Shown here piece after piece: positions 10,701 to 17,815 of a stretch of 64,000 nucleotides of DNA. Made by a program: the position numbers and the translations under genes. Within the stretch, counting starts at the first letter, position 1; each line of letters begins with the position of its first letter. Below the pieces are notes generated by a model, which did no database searches, was not told the DNA's origin, and was given only the letters and a program-made list of their open reading frames with translations. The DNA comes from a virus. Location: positions 1 to 64,000 of the IMG/VR virus record IMGVR_UViG_3300021364_000001; one strand, 5' to 3'.

Positions 10701-12171
10701 TCTTCCACTTGTCTTGTCTGATCTCATAGAAGTGTGAGAAGTATTCTTTGGTCACATATTGCTCATCACACACGCATCTATCATCGTGTCTGTTGCCTGT
10801 ACCGATCCTTCGGTTCGGACATTGATTACGATCACTGATAGAATACTGTACAGAGAAGATAGGACCCTTCCATGGGTACTCTGTATTGTAGATATAGTAT
10901 AAAAACTGCGAGTCAAACGCAGTATGGAACTCCAAATACTTAGGTACTGCCGCTTTTACTGCACCATTCTTGCCATAAAACCACTCAAACAGTGCATCTG
11001 CATTGTTCAGTGGGCAGTAATCAGGGTGTCCCCAGCGGAAATCAGGGTGTTTACTAACCGAAGGTGTACCATAGAAGCGACTTCCCCTCATATATGTGGG
11101 TGAAATCTGTGCCTGACCGTCCGCATCATAGGTTCTGAGCGTACCAGCGTCGGCATCAAACTGATATTCGTAGTTTTCATGCACCCAAACTGCGGGTGTA
11201 GACCCTCCTCGGGAGTAGTGACCCGCCAAATCGGGTTGTTCCCAGTCATACCAACCCGCACGAGTGGCATAAGACACGGGGTTACCATACCCAATAGGTC
11301 CAATTAGACCTTGGTCAGCATAAACTCTGCGGTTTCCACTGCCACCAGAGTCTGCTGCGAAGCACCAACCAACGATTCCGACGTAATCATACTCTCTATC
11401 GCGAGGATCTCTGGGTTCAATAGGACCACCATTGAGGTTTACCTCCCCTGCTGGGTTGACTGTATAGAAATGATCCTTCTTATCGCTACTACTGCTGCGG
11501 TAGTATTCATAAAGAGGTACGGGATCCTCGTCGTGGTCAGCATACTCTCGGGCATCTGCCTCAGTATTGTAGACATAACCAAGTACATCGATATAAACAT
11601 ACCCACTACCAGGTCCACCACCACCAGCAGGAGTGTAGGTATTGTTGTTTGCTACTAGTTGAGTATCGTTCTTACTGTTCTCGTACCAATGATGTAATGC
11701 TTTTGTCTTACCATCCTTCGGTGTTCTTGCAAGGAAGAAGACAGGAGTGCCGTTACGTGGTTCGGGATTATATTTCTTACTTACCTGAGTGTTGTCAGGA
11801 CCCGCCTGCTCACCTGTAAAGTCAGTAGGCCAACGTAGTGTACTACGTGAGGTGTACTTGTGATCCTTACCACCTCTATACCATCGGTAGATAGGTTGTC
11901 TATTGTAATCACATTCGTCCAGGTTTGAACCACTCTCTGCATCTAGACATGCAGGATCATTGTCACCAATGTAGAATACCTTGTCTGTACCAAACGCAGT
12001 AGATCCAGGACCGTCCTCATTGAACGTAATCCTGTAATTAGTTCCAGGTCCACTATGATGAGCATGACTTTCATAGTCACCATTTGATGGGCGCTGCCAA
12101 GTCTTCTTGTATTCACCGCCCTCATCCACATTGGGGAAACTGCGTCCAGTCTCCTGAATAAAAATAGACAT
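7759..12171 (-). CDS. Large virion structural protein (1470 aa)
   Basis: Long ORF in the structural module. Repeats P(I/L)YR(W/Y)Y...DH(K/F)YT near the N-terminus and two G.I..V.I.N.G.GY..P.(I/V) motifs. Confidence 0.8.
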   Translation of the reverse strand: MSIFIQETGRSFPNVDEGGEYKKTWQRPSNGDYESHAHHSGPGTNYRITFNEDGPGSTAFGTDKVFYIGDNDPACLDAESGSNLDECDYNRQPIYRWYRGGKDHKYTSRSTLRWPTDFTGEQAGPDNTQVSKKYNPEPRNGTPVFFLARTPKDGKTKALHHWYENSKNDTQLVANNNTYTPAGGGGPGSGYVYIDVLGYVYNTEADAREYADHDEDPVPLYEYYRSSSSDKKDHFYTVNPAGEVNLNGGPIEPRDPRDREYDYVGIVGWCFAADSGGSGNRRVYADQGLIGPIGYGNPVSYATRAGWYDWEQPDLAGHYSRGGSTPAVWVHENYEYQFDADAGTLRTYDADGQAQISPTYMRGSRFYGTPSVSKHPDFRWGHPDYCPLNNADALFEWFYGKNGAVKAAVPKYLEFHTAFDSQFLYYIYNTEYPWKGPIFSVQYSISDRNQCPNRRIGTGNRHDDRCVCDEQYVTKEYFSHFYEIRQDKWKTTSSSLTLTNFADGEVEECFKTVDTESHTILFRYVSGGLDRFETGDTINGWEIGEYGYFGNELRCGYMELQGQGDVFTAGQQFTPKGRDAARIEILCGYGIGGRAGFFGVYEFPKKLSYYKVEIDKTALVHSKTLDQAELSVSVDTQGRIETVRIENAGFGYKNPKIVIQEPTLLNEYGAMDMTRDTIQQMSYELPNYKSPTNQVENYDGEDYNFNMKRIQKNVNKQIKRDIKQNSVDRKDAAPYSKNSDLKIEGADQDENISELQTISFENKQLQTVSSESRRRENMKPAVLEVARLDPDGLILEVRIKDRGRGYDPDPNNPPKVFVVEVEEEEYTMRGPNTKKGQKKFQEAVNDKTNKKRVIKNGGVDENGNLKDITIDKKTLKDIIREMPAPKKGRKLKESELSVLDDGTIGSFDTMMKGFNTKYPTGYIKIGQVDEVEQISLCSSLPGDCVKINMPALAGQALFTVPDVKHIMKASQQFNDMMRDTYDQIQQGADDVDKQTDRISSLYGWNNDQECIVVPQPKFYNVTRFKDLPCPYIDEETGRAFGWIVYKYCASKSDNGHFQVNLEVRGKTTGPDGEKFMDFMHKLPQPSLTPPRPVQFSGDEEDCWKCTRNLGAASANQEIEGRCYWDPSGGDDVVFVPVGLDENTYDWGHLNYTELQQLQVWLGDNIESYRTQTPSYTTATTPGTPATGNPGDPDYDPGTSSTPGVTNTNNFMYCASLKRLSGGMPAEECWDTYVYRSSGDGNRDGVLDVYSAYFKDGSGENQTQGRTPGETFWESQIYQGYGAPVLGYFGGGACWYSVSWLYAILYGNSGVGSNEFALEYVNDLSIAINPYLQDQLGLKMGPYSGTMAIKNWSTGSTIAFGNTAKNMGNPFFDECGGGIFDRRDEVVQPNPPVPLRKKHSSSYDPGDKELLKKQKKAGKYDDINDIEFEDDSWKDFYDPDFDFEEETDSKISEFSTDVDNLFNGQKNPEDF

Positions 12172-12419
12172 TAAGGTTCTAAGACTTTGATGCGCTCTTC
12201 AAGCATATTTAGACGCACATACAGATCATCGAACAATTCACGAAGGTTAAGATAATCTTCATACCCTTCTGGTTTGTACTTCATCATGTCTGCTCCTGGT
12301 TGTGGCATACGACCCATGGCAGTCTCGATCACCTCTTGGCGCTTAGATAGATTCTCTAATGCCTTGGAGATCATCTCCATATGGTCTTTGTATGCATCAA
12401 GGAATTCGTCTTGGTTCAT
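12171..12419 (-). CDS. Hypothetical coiled-coil protein
   Basis: 82-aa ORF with stop/start overlaps at both ends. Confidence 0.75.
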   Translation of the reverse strand: MNQDEFLDAYKDHMEMISKALENLSKRQEVIETAMGRMPQPGADMMKYKPEGYEDYLNLRELFDDLYVRLNMLEERIKVLEP

Positions 12420-13051
12420 TAGAAGGGTACACTGAGTAACATTTCATTGAATGGATTATTCTCACGACAGAAGTTCATAGACTCCTCTGTGTAGATATCC
12501 CATGCTAGTGCTATTCTATCATGATCTTCTGTATTTACATCAACACCATGCTCTACCCAAGAAGGGAACAGAACCGTTGTTCCTGCCTTTGCAGGGGGCA
12601 TAAAGTTACCTCCATAGGTTGAGTACCCAGGGATGTGGTATTGTGTTGGTATAACACTATCTGTCAATAGCATATTGCCTGACAGAAATGTATTCTCATG
12701 AATAGAATGATGATGTAATGGTAGATCCACACCTGGTGGAATGATATTGAACCATCCTCTGATGAACAGATTATCAGGCATCGTATATTCAAGTTCCGAA
12801 GCATACATTGAATACATGGACCTTAGGATCTCCCCTAGACCATCTGATTCATCGGCAAAGTAGTTCTGCTCTTCCCATGGTCTTCTATCTAGTCGAGAAA
12901 GGATTTTTTCAACCAGTTGTTCTCGTACAGTATCTACCCAGAACGGAGCATCCACAAATGGAGCAAAGCGTGTCTGAGGTTCCCATGATCGCCACCAGTA
13001 TAACTTATCACTACTGCCGTATCTTCTGCCAGGACAGTTCTCAATACTCAT
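12419..13051 (-). CDS. Putative Fe(II)/2OG oxygenase (TIGR02466-like)
   Basis: WFNI...LHHHS...LSGNMLL...GTTVLFPSWVEHGV...RIALAWDI. Confidence 0.8.
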   Translation of the reverse strand: MSIENCPGRRYGSSDKLYWWRSWEPQTRFAPFVDAPFWVDTVREQLVEKILSRLDRRPWEEQNYFADESDGLGEILRSMYSMYASELEYTMPDNLFIRGWFNIIPPGVDLPLHHHSIHENTFLSGNMLLTDSVIPTQYHIPGYSTYGGNFMPPAKAGTTVLFPSWVEHGVDVNTEDHDRIALAWDIYTEESMNFCRENNPFNEMLLSVPF

Positions 13052-13070
13052 AAGAGGTTCACGCGGTTTT

Positions 13071-13238
13071 TTAGGCGTCTTCGGATTTTTTCAAAATAAT
13101 ACTCCCATCAATATCCTCACTCCACTCTAACACGGTCCCCTCGTACCACCCCAGTTCATCCAATACCTCATCGGGCAGTGCAATGAAATAGTTATCCTCT
13201 TCGTCTACCTCTACTGGTAATGTGAATCTTCTTGACAT
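13071..13238 (-). CDS. AbrB/MazE/SpoVT-like small DNA-binding protein
   Basis: Manual translation MSRRFTLPVEVDEEDNYFIALPDEVLDELGWYEGTVLEWSEDIDGSIILKK matches the I.LP.E(V/L)...LG...GD.L.W......I.L swapped-hairpin pattern. Confidence 0.75.
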   Translation of the reverse strand: MSRRFTLPVEVDEEDNYFIALPDEVLDELGWYEGTVLEWSEDIDGSIILKKSEDA

Positions 13239-13798
13239 ACCTTACAACCATGACTATTTTGTATATATGGTTTCAGAAGTTTACGCTCCTTTAACCTCAG
13301 AACTAATTCGGTATTATCTGCAAAGTGGGACATCCGAGTGAGATCTGTAACCTGAGAAACAGCATACGCTGGATGATGTAACATAAACCCATCCCCTAGG
13401 TAAATACCGCAGTGGTTGGCAGTTCTATCCCCCTTCGCAGAATAACCGCCTTCTAGGCGATCTACGTACAGTCTCATGATCATTACGTCCCCTACCTCAA
13501 ACTCATTGAGTGGTGTGGGATCATATACACTACCTTGGTAGACTGTAATGCCTCCCCCCTGCCTCCTCTGCTCCTCTTCGATGTACTCTGATTTGAACAG
13601 ATACTTTCTTTCTGCTGGGTAGTCAAACAGTTGACATCCATAGAATTCATCATAAAACTCTCGGACGATCTGGTAGCATCCTCCCAGTCCATTATCGCGA
13701 TGCGAATGAGGCCATGGGCGATCTACCCACTCCTTCCAGACTTCTGATACCTCGTAGTTGTATGCTCTGCGAGTATCTTCAAGGTCTCGATAAAACAT
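13211..13798 (-). CDS. NlpC/P60 (C40 peptidase)-like protein
   Basis: GLGGCYQIVREFY (catalytic Cys region) and GDVMIM...NHCGIYLGDGFMLHH (His dyad); resembles lambda gpK-like tail proteins. Confidence 0.8.
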   Translation of the reverse strand: MFYRDLEDTRRAYNYEVSEVWKEWVDRPWPHSHRDNGLGGCYQIVREFYDEFYGCQLFDYPAERKYLFKSEYIEEEQRRQGGGITVYQGSVYDPTPLNEFEVGDVMIMRLYVDRLEGGYSAKGDRTANHCGIYLGDGFMLHHPAYAVSQVTDLTRMSHFADNTELVLRLKERKLLKPYIQNSHGCKVCQEDSHYQ

Positions 13799-13974
13799 AG
13801 TGAGATGTATGTGAGTTCATCCCTCAGGGTAATATTTTTACCTGGGAAATTTTTTGTGGGTGGGGGAAACGGAAACATGAATAATATAGCGACCGCTCTG
13901 GGATACTTTTGTAGGTTAGAGAGAAGGTACTTTTTAATATACCCGCTTCGCGGTATAACAAATAAGGGACAGAA

Positions 13975-14169
13975 TTAACTGTCCCCAGTGACTACATCAT
14001 AACATAATCCTTCGAGGATTAGGTAGTCGCACCACTGTGTATATTGTGTGAGTTGTTCATTCAAACCAGTGTCAATTAGGAACTGTGCTAACTCTATCTG
14101 TTCGTCTGGTGGTAGTGAACCAGCATCATAAAGATCTAGCAGAGATTCATACTTACTGGGGAGAGTCAT
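13975..14169 (-). CDS. Small early hypothetical protein
   Basis: 64-aa ORF; start overlaps the upstream stop. Confidence 0.75.
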   Translation of the reverse strand: MTLPSKYESLLDLYDAGSLPPDEQIELAQFLIDTGLNEQLTQYTQWCDYLILEGLCYDVVTGDS

Positions 14170-14333
14170 TGTTGTGAATAACGGAGAGAATCAGTGAGTG
14201 CTTGTTGATAGTTAGTGAATGGACCATACTTAGGACAACCGTCGTAATCGTATCGCCAAAAGTGTTTACGACGGTCCTCCCAGATAGTGACACTTACTGG
14301 GGGATCTGTGTCTAGTTTGATAGTCTTACTCAT
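14166..14333 (-). CDS. Small early hypothetical protein (55 aa)
   Basis: Manual translation MSKTIKLDTDPPVSVTIWEDRRKHFWRYDYDGCPKYGPFTNYQQALTDSLRYSQQ*, with ATGA overlaps on both sides. Confidence 0.7.
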   Translation of the reverse strand: MSKTIKLDTDPPVSVTIWEDRRKHFWRYDYDGCPKYGPFTNYQQALTDSLRYSQQ

Positions 14334-14443
14334 GACACATCACCTAGAAACTCTTCTGAAATAATCTCGTAGTTAATGTCATCGTACTCTGAATCTTCGT
14401 CCAGGATGTCATCAATCCAATCGGTGCTAAGTTCATCATTCAT
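14330..14443 (-). CDS. 37-aa very acidic protein
   Basis: Manual translation MNDELSTDWIDDILDEDSEYDDINYEIISEEFLGDVS*, with ATGA overlaps on both sides. Confidence 0.65.
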   Translation of the reverse strand: MNDELSTDWIDDILDEDSEYDDINYEIISEEFLGDVS

Positions 14444-14628
14444 GACTGATTCTCCCAGTTAGTGTCATCAATACGTTGGTTCTTTCGTTGATACTTACCT
14501 GTGGAAAAGTCTGTGGAATTGTCATCATAATAGGTGTCACGTTTAGACCCCGAATACTGTCTCTTTTCTCGGATAGATTTGGGGCGTCTGCTGTTATGCA
14601 GGTCATTGCGTTTGTATGTGCGACCCAT
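14440..14628 (-). CDS. Small basic hypothetical protein
   Basis: MGRTYKRNDLHNSRRPKSIREKRQ...; first gene downstream of a sigma70-type promoter. Confidence 0.75.
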   Translation of the reverse strand: MGRTYKRNDLHNSRRPKSIREKRQYSGSKRDTYYDDNSTDFSTGKYQRKNQRIDDTNWENQS

Positions 14629-14667
14629 GGGAATGTTTCAGTGAATGTGTCTGTGAGGGACTTTGGT

Positions 14668-14696
14668 AGTATGTATCATTTTGGCAGTAATGTCAA
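14668..14696 (-). promoter_or_regulatory. sigma70-type promoter (TTGACA-17-CATACT), leftward
   Basis: Plus strand agtatg 14668-73 and tgtcaa 14691-96, 17-nt spacer. Confidence 0.75.
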
Positions 14697-14732
14697 GGGG
14701 TCTGTGAGGGTTTGTGAATCGTCTCCTATGTG

Positions 14733-14761
14733 TTGACAACTCGGTGGCGATAGGTTACACT
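14733..14761 (+). promoter_or_regulatory. sigma70-type promoter (TTGACA-17-TACACT), rightward, no downstream plus-strand gene
   Basis: TTGACA 14733-38 and TACACT 14756-61, 17-nt spacer. Confidence 0.65.
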
Positions 14762-14833
14762 CCAAGGCAACAACAAATCAGGGTATTTATCACTTTATCT
14801 AGAACAGCAAAGTATATTTAATTAGACATTTAA

Positions 14834-14877
14834 TTATCCACAAGAATGTGGAAAACTCTCCGCAATCCTGTGGAAAA
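14834..14877. promoter_or_regulatory. Cluster of three DnaA boxes (TTWTNCACA)
   Basis: TTATCCACA 14834-42 (+); TGTGGAAAA 14847-55 and 14869-77 (TTTTCCACA on -). Intergenic and next to an AT-rich tract. Confidence 0.7.
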
Positions 14878-14882
14878 CTATA

Positions 14883-15506
14883 TCAAACTGGGATGACATT
14901 AAAGGTGAGAGTGATACGATTGTCTGTGGGGTTTGATTCATATCCATGGGTAAGATTAGATGGATAGATGATACAATCACCATTTGCGTAAGGTATAGTT
15001 GCCTCTTGTAGATTGAATGCAGTCATTTGTTCAAACGGTAGCATCATGACAGGGAACATTTGAGACATAACATTTCGTTTGAATTTCATAAACGAATGTT
15101 GTTCTGGTTCGTAGTTAATGAAGAGTGTACCAGAAAAGAGACAATTAGAGTGTTCATGTGGTGCATAGATAGCACCAGGATGTGCTACCTCTACATAACA
15201 ATCAGAGATGGCAAAGTTAGAGGCATAGGACATACCTGATTCGTTTGCTTTTCTTGCTGCTGTGAGTAACTCTGCTTTAAGATCTGGGAGATCTTCGAGG
15301 ATCTTATTTGTTGGTCCTACTTGTTGAACATTGTGGCAAATTGTGTTTCTGTCATGATCAACGAAATCTTCATTCTTCATCCAGTTTAAGATAGGCACGA
15401 CGAAATCTGTCATGTCGTACTTAGTAACTGGTGTCATGAATAGTCCATAAGTTTCATATTGAACTACGTCATCAAGATTAGGTGAAAGAGAGATTTCTTC
15501 TGCCAT
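14883..15506 (-). CDS. Putative Fe(II)/2OG oxygenase (TIGR02466-like)
   Basis: APHEHSNCLFSGTLFI...GDCIIYPSNLTHG...NRITLTFNV. Confidence 0.85.
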   Translation of the reverse strand: MAEEISLSPNLDDVVQYETYGLFMTPVTKYDMTDFVVPILNWMKNEDFVDHDRNTICHNVQQVGPTNKILEDLPDLKAELLTAARKANESGMSYASNFAISDCYVEVAHPGAIYAPHEHSNCLFSGTLFINYEPEQHSFMKFKRNVMSQMFPVMMLPFEQMTAFNLQEATIPYANGDCIIYPSNLTHGYESNPTDNRITLTFNVIPV

Positions 15507-15510
15507 GATG

Positions 15511-15699
15511 TTAGAAATGTGTGTGTGAGTAGGTGTTACTATGTAGGCGGGAGTTTAGGGGCGTTGTAGACGCTTCCAGGGGCATGTGGAGGAGTCTAAA
15601 ATCATCCTCTATATTGGTGAAGAAGATGTAAGCATTGTCTCTGTATGTTGTGGTCTTTCGTAGATAGAGTTTATCAGAAAAAGAGAGAGGGCGCAACAT
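15511..15699 (-). CDS. Possible small hypothetical protein
   Basis: C-terminal part of track ORF 15511..15804; ATG at 15699 immediately follows the upstream stop. Confidence 0.4.
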   Translation of the reverse strand: MLRPLSFSDKLYLRKTTTYRDNAYIFFTNIEDDFRLLHMPLEASTTPLNSRLHSNTYSHTHF

Positions 15700-15700
15700 C

Positions 15701-15853
15701 TTAATCGTTTGATTCTTGAACGTGGAAAATGTCAACAGAGGGATGTAATTGTTTGCAGATAGCGTATGCTTCGTGTTTGTATTCTCTGAGGTAGTTGAGA
15801 GCAACGTGACGTTGTTGTTTGTTGCAATAACCGTAGCAAGTCCAGACTTTCAT
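15701..15853 (-). CDS. Small early hypothetical protein (50 aa)
   Basis: Manual translation MKVWTCYGYCNKQQRHVALNYLREYKHEAYAICKQLHPSVDIFHVQESND*. Confidence 0.65.
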   Translation of the reverse strand: MKVWTCYGYCNKQQRHVALNYLREYKHEAYAICKQLHPSVDIFHVQESND

Positions 15854-15859
15854 TATTAA

Positions 15860-16045
15860 TTAGTAGCGGAAGTTAAATTGTGCATCAGGGCGGATGACTT
15901 CCGCAGCATTGTTAAGTTGATCAGAGATAAAGAAGCGGGCGTCGTTGCTATTGTAGATCAGGACGCCGATGACAATCAGGAGAAGGAATTTCACTTGATT
16001 AGAGTAGAATGAAGGTTTGCGAGATTTGTTGAGTGCTTTCAACAT
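15860..16045 (-). CDS. Small membrane-anchored early protein
   Basis: Single hydrophobic stretch FLLLIVIGVLIY. Confidence 0.7.
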   Translation of the reverse strand: MLKALNKSRKPSFYSNQVKFLLLIVIGVLIYNSNDARFFISDQLNNAAEVIRPDAQFNFRY

Positions 16046-16048
16046 AAA

Positions 16049-16390
16049 TCAGTGCCAGTTACCGAGATTCATGGAAGAAAAGAAAGGAACAACGGTAACA
16101 CCTTGGGCGGTGTCCATTTGCACAAACCAATCAAAATTCTTGGCGAAGACTTTATCATTGTCTGCACCATTGGCGGCAAGAATAGCATTCAGACGAGATT
16201 TGGTGGTGTTGGATTGCCAACCACCGTCAAAAAGGCGGATGAAACCTTCACCAACCTCGGCAATCTTGTTGCCGTGGAGACGAACAACAGAGACCTGATC
16301 TTCTTCGTTAAAGTGAACAGAAGTGTTGCCAGATTGCCAGTTGCTGCTGTTAGCAATGGCGTTGTTCATTTGCTGTTCGATCTTACGCAT
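16049..16390 (-). CDS. Early hypothetical protein
   Basis: 113-aa ORF directly downstream of the promoter cassette at 16441-16498. Confidence 0.85.
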   Translation of the reverse strand: MRKIEQQMNNAIANSSNWQSGNTSVHFNEEDQVSVVRLHGNKIAEVGEGFIRLFDGGWQSNTTKSRLNAILAANGADNDKVFAKNFDWFVQMDTAQGVTVVPFFSSMNLGNWH

Positions 16391-16440
16391 GACAAGGAAA
16401 GTTTAGGACGTTTGTGAAGTGAAATCCCCTCCACTTCTCT

Positions 16441-16498
16441 AAGATACACGGAAACGGGGTGCTGTGCCGCTCCCGTGTGCCAGTTCGGCAAGTGGTTT
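16441..16498 (-). promoter_or_regulatory. Early promoter cassette: pseudo-palindrome plus extended -10 (CGTG-TATCTT)
   Basis: GTGCCAGTT-cggc-AAGTGGTTT at 16477-98, 30 nt from the -10 box at 16441-46. Confidence 0.7.
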
Positions 16499-16821
16499 CA
16501 ACGATCGAATTCTTTATGTTTTGCGATGTATTGTGTCACTTCGTCGTTGATATATTCTTCGATGAGTTGCTTAGCGTCAGCAACAGTATCAGCACCGAAG
16601 ATACGCTCGTAAATATACACGCCAGCGTGGAGTTCACGTCGCTGATTGATACGATACTTTGGAGGGATAGCGTTACCAATGTGGGGACCATCGCGATCTT
16701 CGGTGATAGTGAAAGCAGCGTGACGAGTGTTACCAGTCCACACAGAATCTTCGCTCACGAATACATCTTCGTGATAGTAGAAAAGATCATTGCGGCGGGA
16801 AGATTCTTCGATGATGAGCAT
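16498..16821 (-). CDS. Early hypothetical protein
   Basis: 107-aa ORF. Confidence 0.75.
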   Translation of the reverse strand: MLIIEESSRRNDLFYYHEDVFVSEDSVWTGNTRHAAFTITEDRDGPHIGNAIPPKYRINQRRELHAGVYIYERIFGADTVADAKQLIEEYINDEVTQYIAKHKEFDR

Positions 16822-16865
16822 GATGCGGAAAAAACGGAGAGTTTAGTGTAGGAAATGCGGAGAGA

Positions 16866-17087
16866 TTACATACCGTTGAGGAAGTCGTGCAGTTCCTCGT
16901 GGTATTGTTCTTCGGACTCAAAGTATCGTCCGTGGATATACTTAGGGAACTCATGCTTCTTAAACATTTCAGAAGCAACTTGCACGTCTTGCTTATCGTA
17001 ACCCATTTCAATCAGGTTGTTGACGTAAGGATTGTTTGTCATTGATTTGTTGTAATGTTGAAACCAGTTTGCGTCGTACTTAGGCAT
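16866..17087 (-). CDS. Early hypothetical protein
   Basis: Track ORF 16866..17171. Start MPKYDANW at 17087 overlaps the upstream stop and is more plausible. Confidence 0.7.
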   Translation of the reverse strand: MPKYDANWFQHYNKSMTNNPYVNNLIEMGYDKQDVQVASEMFKKHEFPKYIHGRYFESEEQYHEELHDFLNGM

Positions 17088-17289
17088 CACCCTGCAAGGA
17101 TTCCCATGCATCGTAGAACATATCCCACGCATCGTTGTTATGAACAAAGGTGGAAACTTGTGCCATTTCACACACCCAATCGTAGCACATGTCGATGTCG
17201 GGGTTCATCTCGTAGAAGAAATCTGCCATCCCTTGCAGTGCATCAGTGAATGCGGGAGTGATGGTCATGTCGGTTGCGTTGTTTTCCAT
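17080..17289 (-). CDS. Early acidic hypothetical protein
   Basis: 69-aa ORF downstream of a TATCTT -10 box at 17296-17301. Confidence 0.75.
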   Translation of the reverse strand: MENNATDMTITPAFTDALQGMADFFYEMNPDIDMCYDWVCEMAQVSTFVHNNDAWDMFYDAWESLQGDA

Positions 17290-17369
17290 GCTTCTAAGAT
17301 ACAGGAGACGCCAGACCCAGGTAGTTCACGGTGATACAAAACCGCGAAACCACCTGGGGAACTGGCACA

Positions 17370-17573
17370 CTAGTTCTCTTCACTTAGCAACTCAGGATAG
17401 TATTCTTCAACCTCTTCAATTAGTTCATTGACAGTGTACTTATCGAGGTTTTCATCCAGGTGATCATACACAACAGCAATCAAATCTTTGAGGTCCATAC
17501 CATCAATGATCGTGTTGATGTATGCTGCTTGGAGATCATCACGGTTCACGATGTTGTCAGTGGTGTTACTCAT
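17370..17573 (-). CDS. Early hypothetical protein
   Basis: 67-aa acidic helical ORF. Confidence 0.8.
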   Translation of the reverse strand: MSNTTDNIVNRDDLQAAYINTIIDGMDLKDLIAVVYDHLDENLDKYTVNELIEEVEEYYPELLSEEN

Positions 17574-17713
17574 TGTGGGCGAAATCCTTTGATGGTTTGT
17601 GATGCAGTCCAGACGTTACGTTTCCTTGCTTTGTTACGTCGAAAGTCCCTAGATGTGGGTCGCTTGACGTTAGTCTTGTTTGAAGGAATGAGAGACTTAC
17701 TTAATGTTTTCAT
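17570..17713 (-). CDS. Small basic protein (47 aa)
   Basis: Manual translation MKTLSKSLIPSNKTNVKRPTSRDFRRNKARKRNVWTASQTIKGFRPQ*; stop overlaps the next ATG. Confidence 0.5.
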   Translation of the reverse strand: MKTLSKSLIPSNKTNVKRPTSRDFRRNKARKRNVWTASQTIKGFRPQ

Positions 17714-17815
17714 TGAGGAAATTGAGCGGACCAGTTGCAATCATGTCGTACAATTCATCGACTGTAACTTCAAGTTCTGCTGCAAGAGATTCAGCAGTCC
17801 AGATGTAATCGTGGT

